A stretch of 64,000 nucleotides of DNA from the NCBI RefSeq assembly GCF_964355755.1, contig NC_092676.1, positions 20,974,871-21,038,870 of the forward strand. The letters run 5' to 3'. The notes under the pieces are model-generated. The model saw only the letters and a program-made list of their open reading frames with translations, was not told where the DNA came from and did no database searches. Origin of the DNA: Antedon mediterranea. Its lineage: Eukaryota; Animalia; Echinodermata. Shown here in pieces: positions 50,162-61,745 of this stretch. The position numbers and the translations under genes were made by a program. The stretch's first letter is position 1, and each line of letters opens with the position of its first letter.

Positions 50162-52596
50162 ATGTTGATGCCAAAGAAAAACCGTGTTGCCATTTATGAA
50201 CACTTATTCAAAGAAGGTGTAATGGTAGCCAAGAAAGACTATACTCTGGCAAAACACCCAGAACTAGATGTTCCTAACCTTCAAGTTATCAAAGCCTTGG
50301 GTGTAAGTATTTTGATTTATTGCAAAGAAGATTGTACATGCTCACTTTTTTCTAATAATACAGAAAAATATATTATTATTTTATTCTTTTTATTAATTAA
50401 ATATTTAACACTAATGTGTGTCAATGTTTAAAAAAATAGAAGCTGGTTGGTTTATCGGTTGGCTTTCTGTTTTTATTACCTGAAACATATTTTATAAATT
50501 CTAAAACCTTTTGTTTTTTATTTTGTGCTATTTTTTAGGCACTATAGTATCAGAACAACACATTTTTTTAGAGGAGGGAGTGGGATATCCCTACACTTTG
50601 TTGTGTCTGAAATGTGTCTGCTTAATAGAGTTCTACAGTTTTTTAAACTTATATGTATATATTACGCTCCTCTACTTTCTGCTATATTCATATATAGTAT
50701 GTTGTTTTGTAGAGCACTCTTCATTTCGAAACGGTGCATTTTTGTTGTGAATACTATTAGCATTTTGCAAAGCACGCTCGTTGAGCTTGTGCACTCTTTG
50801 TGTTCATAATCAGTGTACCATGTCCCGCATACCTGGCTCAGCCTATATATTGTGCCAGTTCTGCGGTACATTTCATTTAGAAACCTGAGCTGCACTGACG
50901 AGATCTAATAAGATCGAAACAGTACTGTCTCCAGTATATATATATATAATGTATATTTGAATGTAAATATATAATGTATATTTGAATGTAAATTTATTGT
51001 AGTCTTTGAAGTCCCGTGGCTATGTAAAAGAACAGTTTGCTTGGAGACATTACTATTGGTATCTGTCAAATGAAGGTATCCAGTACTTGAGAGACTTCTT
51101 GCACCTTCCACCAGAAATTGTGCCATCAACCCTCAAACGACAGGCAAGACCAGAGCAGTCAAGACCACGACCCAAAAGTATGTCAATTTCTGTTATACTG
51201 TAGATGAAAAATGATAATTTATTTTATGAGGGTGGTCCATCCAGCTGAAGCTGACCCTAACAAAATATATCATGACAAGACAACAATTAAATGGAATGGT
51301 TGAAACATGCATTGGTTTTATCTGATTTAAAATAGCAACAGTTGATTCGCAATTTTCATTGAGGACCTGCCCCGGCAACAGACAATGCTGCTAATTGCAA
51401 AATACGCTCTATGTGATTGGCAGCATTGCGTTAGCATGGGCAACCACATTGGATAACCGTTTGATCTCATAGCCAATGAGTCAATCCTTGTATTATTTTG
51501 TCCTTTTTGTTTTTAATTGTAGGTTTTGACAACCGTGGTCCAAGTTCAGCCGAAGCAGGCCAGAGAGATAGTTACCGAAGAGGACCAGGTGAGTGATTCT
51601 AAATATAGTAGCATTGCAATATACAGTAGACCCTTCATTTTAAGTACTGTACGAGACCAAAAGACCAGGCCTACCCTCACATCTAGCTAGGCCTAGCCTA
51701 CTATAAAAGTATATGCAGGCTGTGTGATATTTTATAAAGAAAAAATCAATGCTCTTGTATTTTCTATCAATAAAAACAGTCCTGCTGTAGGGGGCACTGC
51801 ACAGCCATGGCTTATGGTCTGCTGTTTATAAATTGCACCCTCAGTATAAGAAAATTAAATTACTAAAAATGATGATGTCATCGATCATTTTATGTGTATG
51901 TGTAGGGGGTTACCCCGGTGAACTGGTTCACACAATAGCCCCTGTATCAGGAGGATTACCACCTATCTGATAGGACAGTGATTAATTTACTATTGGTAAT
52001 CCTTGGCCACATTGCCTAAAGACATAAAATAAATATGTGTATGTATAATCTATGGAACATTAAATCAGGGTACGTAAAACAAAGCTTCTACTGTACTTAT
52101 TGTTGCTTGGAATACAAGAATATGACTTTCCAGACATAATTTTGCAAGAAAGGAAATAGTGGACATTTAGAAATATGTCAATTAATACAATAACTAATGT
52201 AACCTTTTTTACAGCTGGTGGCGGACCAGACAAGAAGGGTGAAGCCGGTGCCGGAGCCTCTCCTGCATTTGAATTTGTACGTAAATGTTTTTATTTATTG
52301 CTGTATACTAAAATTATTAGTAGTAGCCCCAGCCCCTTCTACATTTTGAAACATCCAAATTTAATTTTACAATTTTAAGACCCTGGTGTGTGTCTCTCCA
52401 CTCCTCCATATTCAAACATTTTAAAATGTAATCTGAATTTGAAACTATGCCTTGGTTCTAAACCAACAATGTGCTAAGGAAGGATAATTTATAATTGTTT
52501 TCTCACTCTACAACTCTGTCGACAATATCTTGAATGTTTTTGCTTTTTTTATTTCAGAAAGGAGGATATGGGCGTGGTCGACCAACACAGCAGTAG
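50162..52596 (+). CDS. RPS10: 40S ribosomal protein S10 (eS10), 160 aa
   Basis: [26 protein letters not shown]...[34 protein letters not shown]...[19 protein letters not shown]. Exons 50162-50302, 51003-51177, 51523-51588, 52215-52276, 52558-52596; AATAAA at ~52651. Confidence 0.97.
50660..50934 (+). mobile_element. Retrozyme-like repeat unit in RPS10 intron 2
   Basis: Near-identical to 62849-63116; ends in a hammerhead ribozyme followed by (TA)n. Confidence 0.8.
50890..50934 (+). ncRNA. Minimal type I hammerhead ribozyme
   Basis: CTGCA-CTGACGA-GATCT-AATA-AGATC-GAAA-CAGTACTG-TC-TCCAG: intact core, 5-bp stem II, palindromic stem III, GUC cleavage site after 50929, one mismatch in stem I. Confidence 0.8.
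51289..51451 (+). ncRNA. Candidate intronic H/ACA snoRNA
   Basis: Strong 3' hairpin (TGCCC/GGGCA lower stem; 17-bp upper stem 51383-51399 / 51412-51428; internal pocket), ACA at 51446-51448, ~70 nt upstream of the 3' splice site in a ribosomal-protein intron. H box is imperfect (TGAGGA). Confidence 0.45.
51901..52045 (+). mobile_element. 5'-truncated SINE 3' end
   Basis: Starts with AGGGGGTTACCCCGGTG, shared with the SINE at 35330-35652; ends AAATAAA; flanked by direct repeats TATGTGTATGT. Confidence 0.55.
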
Positions 52597-55500
52597 AATT
52601 CATGGTAGCATCAATTCCAACATCTGTAAATTTTTATTAATTATGTGACAAAATAAAAATAAACAAAAGCTCAACATGTGAAAACGACTCTTTCTTCTTT
52701 ATCTTGTTGATAATGAAACATTTTTATGTACCAAACCAATTACTTTTTTATTATGTCGATGGTTTAATCTTGTTTTATAAATGAAATTTATATATCATCT
52801 ATTTCTCACATGCTGACATTGTTGCTTGTAACATTTTGAATCATATACAGTAATGTGTAAATCATGGATGTATATGATGAATCTCCTGCCAATTACTGTA
52901 CATCGAATACATGATTTAAAAAAAAAAGAGAAAAACGATGTGGACGATCCCACTCCCATAATAGGGAGGGATAATATCAAAACCAATCATTTTTTTTTTC
53001 TCCCAGCGCTTTGGGACAATCTTTTGATAGTACCTGTATAAGCGCTATATAAATCGAACAACATTATGAACGAACGCAATATATATGACGTCCGTAAGCG
53101 AAAGACAGATCGTCTCGTTTTTTGACAATTAAGTTTTTTGGAAAGTGTTAATAAATGTGCACCCTACGATGAATGCATTATGCTACCTGTTGCTGTACGT
53201 CGCATGAATTATTTTCTTTTAAAAACTGACCCAACTGCGTCCGCGTTTAAATGTACAAAGGCATAATAACACAAAAGTATGATTTCCATTTTTTGAGCGA
53301 AAACTGCGGGAAAACGAAATTCGAATATTGTAATCGCACAGTCTAAAAGCCGTTTGGGCATTACGTTTTTAGATCTGTGCACAACTGCGACTATTAATCG
53401 CTGTACGCGATGCTATTATTAGAAGATATAAAAAGGTTTCTTTGCCGTTTGTGTTCACATTTCATAGTTATTTCTGGTGTTAAAGATTTTTCCAGGCTAT
53501 TTCGAAATGAAATGAATGTCAAACGTTATTTCCGGAACTATTTCAATACTTGCTTATGTGTGCTCTTTTTCTATCATATTGTGCAACTTCATAGATACTG
53601 GTGTTTTCGTCAGATTAAAAAGTTTCACTTCCTTGACAGACTTAATTATGTTTGTTTATTATTTCTACAACAATTTGGTTTGGCTACGTGCTAACTGTAA
53701 ACACAGCATTGTTCTTGGGCCTTTAATTTTCATTTCTTTCATTCGCTAATTACTCTCAATTACGTATGACCACAGTTATTTTATGGCATAATAGTTTCTT
53801 CAATCTTAATCCTTTAATGGATACAACACAACACGATCATCCTGTTATGACACCGTTTATGAATCCACATTTTAGTAACAATATATAGGCCTCTGTATGA
53901 CACCACCACCAACAATTCAGGGTTCACATTTTAACGGGCAAAACATTTCTATTGATCATACATTCTAATAATTATCGATTTCTCCATTTGTTTCATAATT
54001 TTTTGGTATTTTTAGTGTGCTACACTATTTTGTTGGAAATAAGCATTTTCTTATCAGTGGGGGATTTTGTACACAAGTTGTAATGGGAAGCATTTTTAAA
54101 AAATTAGGAAAAATAAACGGTGTGGTATTTTAACAAATATTATCAAGTGACTAAATATATGTAATATAACTTGAATTTTACGTTTCTGGTGTTTTTTTTA
54201 TTAACTTCATTTTTAATTTTTATTTTCATGCTATAGCAAAAAATATTCACTGTATACCCACCAATTTTTTTCACTTTCTAGGGAGTCACCGGATATGGTA
54301 ATAAACCATTGGTTAAACTACCTAACTACTGAAAAAAATAGCACAATTTTGCCAAATTTTGCATTTGGCAACTTTAATGGAAATTCAAAAGTCACTTTTT
54401 TTGTCGTGATTTCTATTACACATCTCTTTTATGAACATTTAGCCAGATATTGTATTCAAAATTCATGCCTGTACCTGAGCTTTAACTTACGTCGTACGTT
54501 GGGTGTGCGCGAATATTTTTTGTGAACTGATTACATTATTGTATCTCGGTATTTCACCTAATAATTTGTCAAAATAACAAATTAAAATCTAGTTCATTTT
54601 GTATACATACACTTTACATACATTACTCGTTCTGAATGGTATTAAAAAATATTTTTTTAAATTCCGGATTTTTTCTAACTCCGCTCAGTATAGCTTACAT
54701 AAGTAATAGATATGTTCACGCTCAGCGTGGTCCTCACTCTGTTGTTTCATAAAACGTGGCCAATTTACACAGACGAGCGATAACGTGGCCAAAATAATTG
54801 TAAAGGCCAATTTAAAAGTAATACAAATATAGAAGCTTATGTTATTTCTTATGACCATTACACAAAACGCGGGGCGGGCGGACGATTTCCGCTCAGGACA
54901 GATACAGATTCTACGTGTGGGACAAGCTATGCGGTTTTCCGGTTACTCTCGCTAAATTTACCTTTAAGCCATTTTAAAAGCGGATTTATCGGACGTTAAA
55001 AAGTTTTGTATTTGGATTTTTTTTGGAAAATTATTGTTCAGATTTGGTAAACAAGCGGTGTATGGGTGTAATCCATAATGACCTGAAGTAAGGCTAAATA
55101 TAGCAACAACAAACGCAGTATTTCGCAAACTTCGGTAATTATAAAATATGGTGTTTGTAATCAAAGGGATTTTTTTTATTTAACTTGAATAGACAACGAG
55201 ATAGCATTTTAAATGAATTGCTTTGTGTATTGTTAACCAGTCTTACAAAACGTGTCATAAAAAGGTAGGCCTAAGGGTAATTTCATTGTCGCCACTTTCA
55301 AATAATACCTTTTCTGTATATATTTAGTAGCCTATATGCCTATATATATTATATCTAACGGCAATTTACTGAACAATTTAAATGCTGTGAGTATCAGTGG
55401 CTGGATATCAATGGAGATACAAATAAACTAAGCAAAAAGCTCAATCAAAACGATAAAATAAAACATCCAGAAAAACACTATAGCCCTAATTCAGAGAAAG

Positions 55501-55664
55501 TAGAGTACTTGGATATGACGGCGAATATAACGCAGACAATTGCTATATATCCAGTAGATTTGAAATTTATTTTATTAACATAATATAATATACTTCCCGA
55601 AGTTTCTTTGGATGGATGATGATGGATGATTTATGAAACCAAACACAATAAACATTTAAGATTC

Positions 55665-55688
55665 GGGACTTTCCCCAATGACGCAATT
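55665..55688 (+). promoter_or_regulatory. NF-kappaB site plus adjacent C/EBP-ATF-like site upstream of the death-domain receptor
   Basis: GGGACTTTCC (canonical Ig-kappa B sequence) followed after 4 nt by TGACGCAAT, ~570 bp upstream of the ATG, which is itself preceded by a splice acceptor. Confidence 0.6.
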
Positions 55689-56245
55689 CACACAGTATTG
55701 ATAGCATAATAATATCCGTCTGTTTTGCTGTAATTCTTTAAGTCTGGTATTAAGTAATGTTAACAATCCCAGATGCTGTAATGTTACTATTTTTAATATG
55801 CCTAATTCTAGTTTAAATATTCACCGTATTGCAACTTGAACATTAGTATTATTATTAAACTACAAGAGAAAGTTAGTAAAGATAGTGCGGTTACTGCAGT
55901 CAAGGTTTTCCATTGTAAGTAATGTTTTCCATTGTAAATAATGTTTTTTAACTTGTTACATAATTACTACTGTAAATGTATAATGCAAAGGTATAACGAT
56001 ATTTTAAGACATGACCCAGAGCATGTCAAAGCCCGATAATCATCCTGTATTTTTCAACAGGGAGCCTATATGTAGTCCTACTCTCGTTATGATAGACAAA
56101 CGAACTAATTTGGTATGATCAATTGCATTAAAAGGCCCGTCTGAAAATGAGGCGTCATAATTTGAAGTAAATTGTTTCTCGTTCTATTAAATTCTAGCTT
56201 AGAGTAAAACAAAATCAGAACAAAATTTTATATTTTTTATAGATT

Positions 56246-59200
56246 ATGACGCCTTTAAAAATCGTTTACTTCTGTTTACTTGCAATCAGTATGGTCAACG
56301 GAGTGTGTAGTATGCCTACAGGTCACAATTCTGGATCGGACATCCTAAATATCATTGGACCAAGAAATAATTGTTCATCTGTGAGACTGTGCGATCTTCA
56401 TCATTATGAACTAGCTTTAACAGCGACTGAAATCAACAGGTTTCCTAAAGAGCCGATTTCATGTTATTTAAATAAAAATCAACAAATTAGGTAAGATTAT
56501 TATAATATTAGTAAAAGGTTTTGCCCTACTCTGACGTTTGTACTTTATACTGGCTTGCTAGTGATCATGATGTCGTGGGTTCGAGCCGGACCCGAGAATT
56601 TTTGCGCAAGTAGGTCTACTCTCAATGTACTTAGTAGTACAAATTAGAGACTGACGAAATGGTACTTCACAGTATCTACAAACAATTACAGTTATTATAT
56701 TATAGAGATATTGATAATCATAATAATATTGATGATGATTGATAATGATATGCTTATTATACATGTTTCGATTAATGAGGAATATCTTCATAGAGATTGA
56801 TTTTTAAAAATAAACTAAACTACCTCAATATTGTATCATATTTTTACAGATACTACATTTGTCGCAAGTGCTCTGTGTGTGAACCGTTATCTGCTGTTCT
56901 TCTTGAATGTGGAAGAAAACACGATACAATCTGCTCCAATCATTCAAAAGGTAATTTCAAAACATAATTTTGTACTAAATAATTCTTACCTTAGCATTAA
57001 AATTCTGAAGTTGCTTTGATAGACTCGAGTTCTGGTCGCTAGGGCGGCCGGATGTGATGGAGGAGAGGAAGCTTCTTTAGTGGAAAAAAAACCACTATAA
57101 ATTCACTTTTAATTTATCGCATTTTAGAAAGCAGTGGGAGGGGAAGACGGTTCGTCGGCTACGAGCCTTCGTCATTCCCCTCAAATATTCATATTATGCA
57201 CATATAACCTAATCAATGTTTAATACCATAGAATATATTGTTAATTAAAGATGTATTGTCCCCCAAAAACATGACAAATTAGGAATAATTAAATTTGAAT
57301 AGGTTATTTTGTAAAAAAAGTTTTCACTTATAAAACGACAAAATAAATGGCAAAATTCAACCAAACAATTATTGGCTGGCCAATTTTAATGTTTTTTGCG
57401 TTAAATTATATAGATACATTTTTTGGTCAAAGTGAATAACTATTCAAATGGCATATTCAACAAAAATTGTTTAAAGAATTATTTTTTTCAGGTGGAACAA
57501 TACATTATTAAATATTGTTTTTTTAACAGTTGAGTCAAGAGGCACCGTTGCATCTTCAATAAAAAGCTTGTCCACATTGACCATCGAAGAAACAATCCCT
57601 GTGGATGCAAATACAGAAAATAAAGATAGTAAACGGTCGCTATATATCATTGTTACTGTTGGTGTAGTCTTTCCAAATGTGATTCTTGTATATTTCTATA
57701 TCACGCTAAGGAGATGGTTAGTTATACTTTCTTATTTTTACTTTTATGTTGAAACCTGACATGCGAACGAAAAACAATCACTTTAGTTATAAATCTAACG
57801 TAAGCCTATGTATACGCTATGCAATGGTGGTATAATGCCATACAGACTGGAAAATAATAATGGTATTAAGAAAATATTGTCCAAAACGAAAAGATTTGAA
57901 CACGAAAACTTTAAAGAAAATATACTATTAACTGACCGTTCAATGATGCGTACTATATTGCACGCTATGTGAGCCACAATCGTCTAATCAAATCACAGGA
58001 ATTGTTTAATTACATAAGTTATAAATTCACATTCTTTTGACAAAATAATAGCTTCTTTCAAACGCGTCATGGATAGGTCTATACTTGATAAATATTTTGT
58101 TTACAGTATTATGAATATTTAAAATAACTATGATGTAGGCCTACGCAGTAATTTTGAATATCAAATTATTCCTCTTTCAGGAAACGTCTTTTCAAAAGAA
58201 TTTGTGCAACAGCAAAGCTTACAAATGAATCCACTGTCAGCGTAATTCCCGCATCGTCTGAAAGAACATCAGTGGGAGTAACCACAACTTGCAATGTGTC
58301 TTTAGGAGGCACAGCCACTACTCCGATGACTATGATAACAAGCACTAAGAAGACATCATACAATCCATTCTGGCTTGAAATGAAAGCAACCATTGGACCA
58401 GAAGGTGGTGTTGTCAGTGACCCTAGATCTGGCGTGAACCTGATTATTCCACCCGGTGCTATTCCAGAAACTCACCCCAAACAAGAGATTATCGTCCGAG
58501 TTGCACTTAAACCATCTAATTTTGGGCTTAACCAGCAAAAGGATTTAACTCTGCTAGGACCAGTGGTTGAGTGTTTGTCGCCTGGTTTAGCAGAATTCAA
58601 CTCTAATGTCACTTTGGTGGTGCCACATCGTGCTAAACTCAACCCAGACTGGAAGTTCCAGGTTCTACATTCCGAAGACAAGTACTCGGATCCCGTTTCC
58701 AAGTTTCGATGGACAGTAACAAGTTCTAATCACGATGCGAAACATGGTGTGCACTTTGAGGTTGACGAAAATTTCTTTAGGATCAAAACAAGTCACTTTA
58801 CAACATACACATGTGCTGGGAGCTGTTCTAGAAAGGCGCCCTTGAATTTGCAGGTTGTGGTGTATGGGGACTATGTTCATATTGACGGGAGGAAACAAAC
58901 AGTCGATCTACGGTGTTACGTCTGTGATACAATAAAGGATTATTCTCATACATTTCGTGTTAACGAGCGCAATGGTCCTCTGTGTGTACCACGACCAATC
59001 AACCATTTCTTTGACAAAAAGACAAAGAAAATTGAATTGTTTTTTCCAGAAGATGATTTTGGAACAGACTTCCAGTGGACATCTGAGACGTTTAACGATT
59101 CTCTTCCGAATTCAAGGGTAATTATCAATATTGATCAGTCACCATTAACACCGTTATCAGAATAAACATCATCATGATAAACATCATCATGATACACATC

Positions 59201-60715
59201 AGCATGCTCAACACAAGCATGATAAAAACCATCATGATCAACACCATCATGATCAACACCAGCATTATCAACACAAGCATGATCAATACCAGCATGACCA
59301 ACACTAGCATGATCAACACTAGCATGATCAACACCATCATGATCAACACCATCATGATAAACACCATCATGATCAACAACATCATGATGAACACTATTAT
59401 GATGAACACCAGCATGATCAACACCAGTATGATCAACATCATCATGATTAACACCTTCGTCATTAACACCATCATGATCAACACCATCATGATCAACACA
59501 TATTGAACTCATTTTGCTAAGTTTATTGATTACACATTTATAAGAAATATCTTTGAAGCACGTAGCCCGATGTTGTTCAGAGGCGATTCCACATTACGAG
59601 GCCTTCACACTGAAACCTAAAGACGAGGGAACACGGGTCGACAGTTTAGAGATGACATTGAAAATTGTTGCGAATGGTTTAACAGAAATCATTGGTCCAA
59701 TAAGGATGATTACAATGGTACGTTATACGAATAATATTGTAGTTGTTTGAAATCTATAAACTACAGTATAAAATCTAATTCATGGCAGTGTTAAACTAAT
59801 GATATATTAAGTTGTAAGTACTCATTGTTAAACTAATAACGCAAATAGACAAAACTGAATGTGGAACCTTATTGATCAAATTAATGAATTTTTTATTTAG
59901 GATACTGGACGATCTCAATCACCAGCTAACTATACAGGTAGGCCTATGTGACATTAATTTAAAATAAGAAAATGTCACAAAAAATGTGATGACATCAGAC
60001 ATGATGATATCATAACACTACCATATTTGGGCATATCAAAACCATATTTGGGTACATCACACTTTTGTTCAAACTAGTTTAATTTAATGTCGTATGCACA
60101 GCTAATCCTTATATTTAAAATTTACATAAATGTGAAATAGTTATCTTCCTGTATAATGACGTTACTGTTCTAAAATCATATACCATGTATTCCCGTAGTG
60201 CATCCCGTATTGCGGGGATACCTAGAATTTTAGAACGGCGTAACCTTTTATGAAATGTATGCATATTTACATAATTATGATGCGGCGTTGATACTTCGAG
60301 GTATTGCTTCCAACGCATCTCCCTTTTATGTCTACACAAAATAGCATAAAGTAAAACTTTGCATCATTACATTATTGTATATAATAATAAAAATAATGTT
60401 TTTTGTTTAAATATAGATATTGTGAGTAACGAAACATTAAGAGAAATTTCACGAGAGATTCCCAGAGATAAGTGGAAAGATGTCTACCGCACATTACATG
60501 ACTTTGCGAAGTTTGAAGGAAGCGCGAACATTGATATTGAAAATATCGAGCACAACAATCAATCAGAAATGGGAGAAATGAAATACCAGGTATTGATGCT
60601 ATGGCGTACTAAAGCGGGCAGACAAGCTACGAAGACTGCATTAACGCAAGCCCTCAGGAGCTGCCAACTTAACAGTATCGCAGACGATTGCATCAAATTA
60701 GAGAGCACAATATAA
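56246..60715 (+). CDS. Type I membrane death-domain receptor: SP - TNFR-like CRD - TM - ZU5 - UPA-like - Death domain (~654 aa)
   Basis: Exons 56246-56490, 56850-56950, 57530-57716, 58181-59117, ~59559-59717, 59901-59937, 60417-60715 (1965 nt, in phase). CRKCSVC...ECGRKHDTIC (TNFR CRD pattern); TM SLYIIVTVGVVFPNVILVYFYITL followed by RRWKR; ZU5 IGPEGGVV...GVNLIIPPGAIP...GPVVEC..PH...TSHFT; death domain ISREIPRDKWKDVYR...YQVLMLWRTKAGRQATKTALTQALRSCQLNSIAD. Confidence 0.85.
57249..57506. mobile_element. Kolobok-like MITE (third copy, inverted relative to 562-905)
   Basis: TTAA|AGATGTATTGTCCCCCAAAAACATG ... GGAACAATACATT. Confidence 0.7.
59165..59500. repeat. 15-bp minisatellite (ATGATCAACACCATC/AGC) x ~22, intronic
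   Basis: Visible tandem array filling the intron between the ZU5 and UPA exons. Confidence 0.93.
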
Positions 60716-60762
60716 TTACATTCCATATTGTAAGCCTAGTTTATCGTTTGTGTTTATATTGT

Positions 60763-60942
60763 AAAGCTTAGTTCCCACTAGCGACGCGTAAGAAAATGCC
60801 CTTCCAATAATGTTGTTATCCCCGCCTGCGTAAAATCAAACCTACGATGTATTGCGTCGTCGGTTCCCATTTGTGATATTACGCAATACAACACTTTCCG
60901 TCGACACGTCACTGCGTTGCGTTCTAGTGGGAACCACGTTTT
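60763..60942. mobile_element. Harbinger-like MITE
   Basis: AAAGCTTAGTTCCCACTAG ... CTAGTGGGAACCACGTTTT. Confidence 0.6.
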
Positions 60943-61459
60943 AGTACAGACAGACATGAACAGAACAGAACACATCTTGTGAATTGTTGTGACGACGTTA
61001 GGTTAATCCAGTTACCCCAAATAGGGGTGTTTTACGTGCTGTATACGGGTCGTCCCTGCTTAAACATTACCAAGACCTTATATTGATCATTTTGAATTAA
61101 AAATACAAACAGTGACCAAGCTAAAATTTAATTCAATCCATGTAAGCCATTTTGTAAATGTTCTTCATTCCCTTGTTCCGTTTATTACATTGTCTCCCCT
61201 ACCGATACATTGTTTTATTGCAATTAGTCTACGTTATTAAAACACTTATATATACCAATTGTTCTATTCAAATAATTCTTTCTAGGAAATGTTCTTAGAC
61301 ATCAGTGTGTACAGTAAAAGCTTTTAATCACATCATGATGTAGGCTCATTTATTTATTTTTGTTTTTTTCCATAAAACTTACAGATACCAAACAATTGGG
61401 CGGCATTGGTTGATTGATTCTCTATACAAAGATAATAATAACAATATTATTCAAGTAAT

Positions 61460-61745
61460 TTTCTTTTGGATGATCCAAAGTCAAGCTTTCGCTGGTCAAC
61501 GACGCAGTTAATCGTGAGTGAGTCTCTGTGACCATGAGGAACCTCCATGCTGTGACTTGGACTTGTTACCATTAGATCTCGTATTTGGTATAGCGCCATC
61601 TATGGAACGTTCAGGTTTACCCAAATGGGATTGTCGGGGCCTCCTCTTTAGTAAGTTGTATAATTTTGGGAGTTCCAAACCGCCGTCTTCTCTGTTCATA
61701 GTGTTAGTTAATTAAATAACACTATGAACAGAGACGACGGCGGAG
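61460..61745 (-). mobile_element. Penelope-like retroelement 3' fragment with inverted 5' duplication
   Basis: Minus-strand peptide MNREDGGLELPKLYN resembles the NRDxG..L...Y end of Penelope GIY-YIG domains; downstream CGAAAGCTTGAC hammerhead-like remnant; palindrome at 61680-61743. Confidence 0.65.

Noticed and set aside
50662-50895. Conserved 75-77 aa minus-strand ORF repeated at 62850-63077
   Set aside because: Similarity reflects recent repeat copies; no protein motif, and the + strand carries the ribozyme.
51901-52013. Two-hairpin structure ending ACATTG in RPS10 intron 4, resembling an H/ACA snoRNA
   Set aside because: Shares AGGGGGTTACCCCGGTG with the SINE at 35330-35652, has an A-rich tail and flanking direct repeats; better explained as a truncated SINE.
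59125-59512. Repetitive ORFs (MINTI/HDGVD/LIMMV repeats) on both strands
   Set aside because: Translations of a 15-bp intronic minisatellite; the host gene splices around it.
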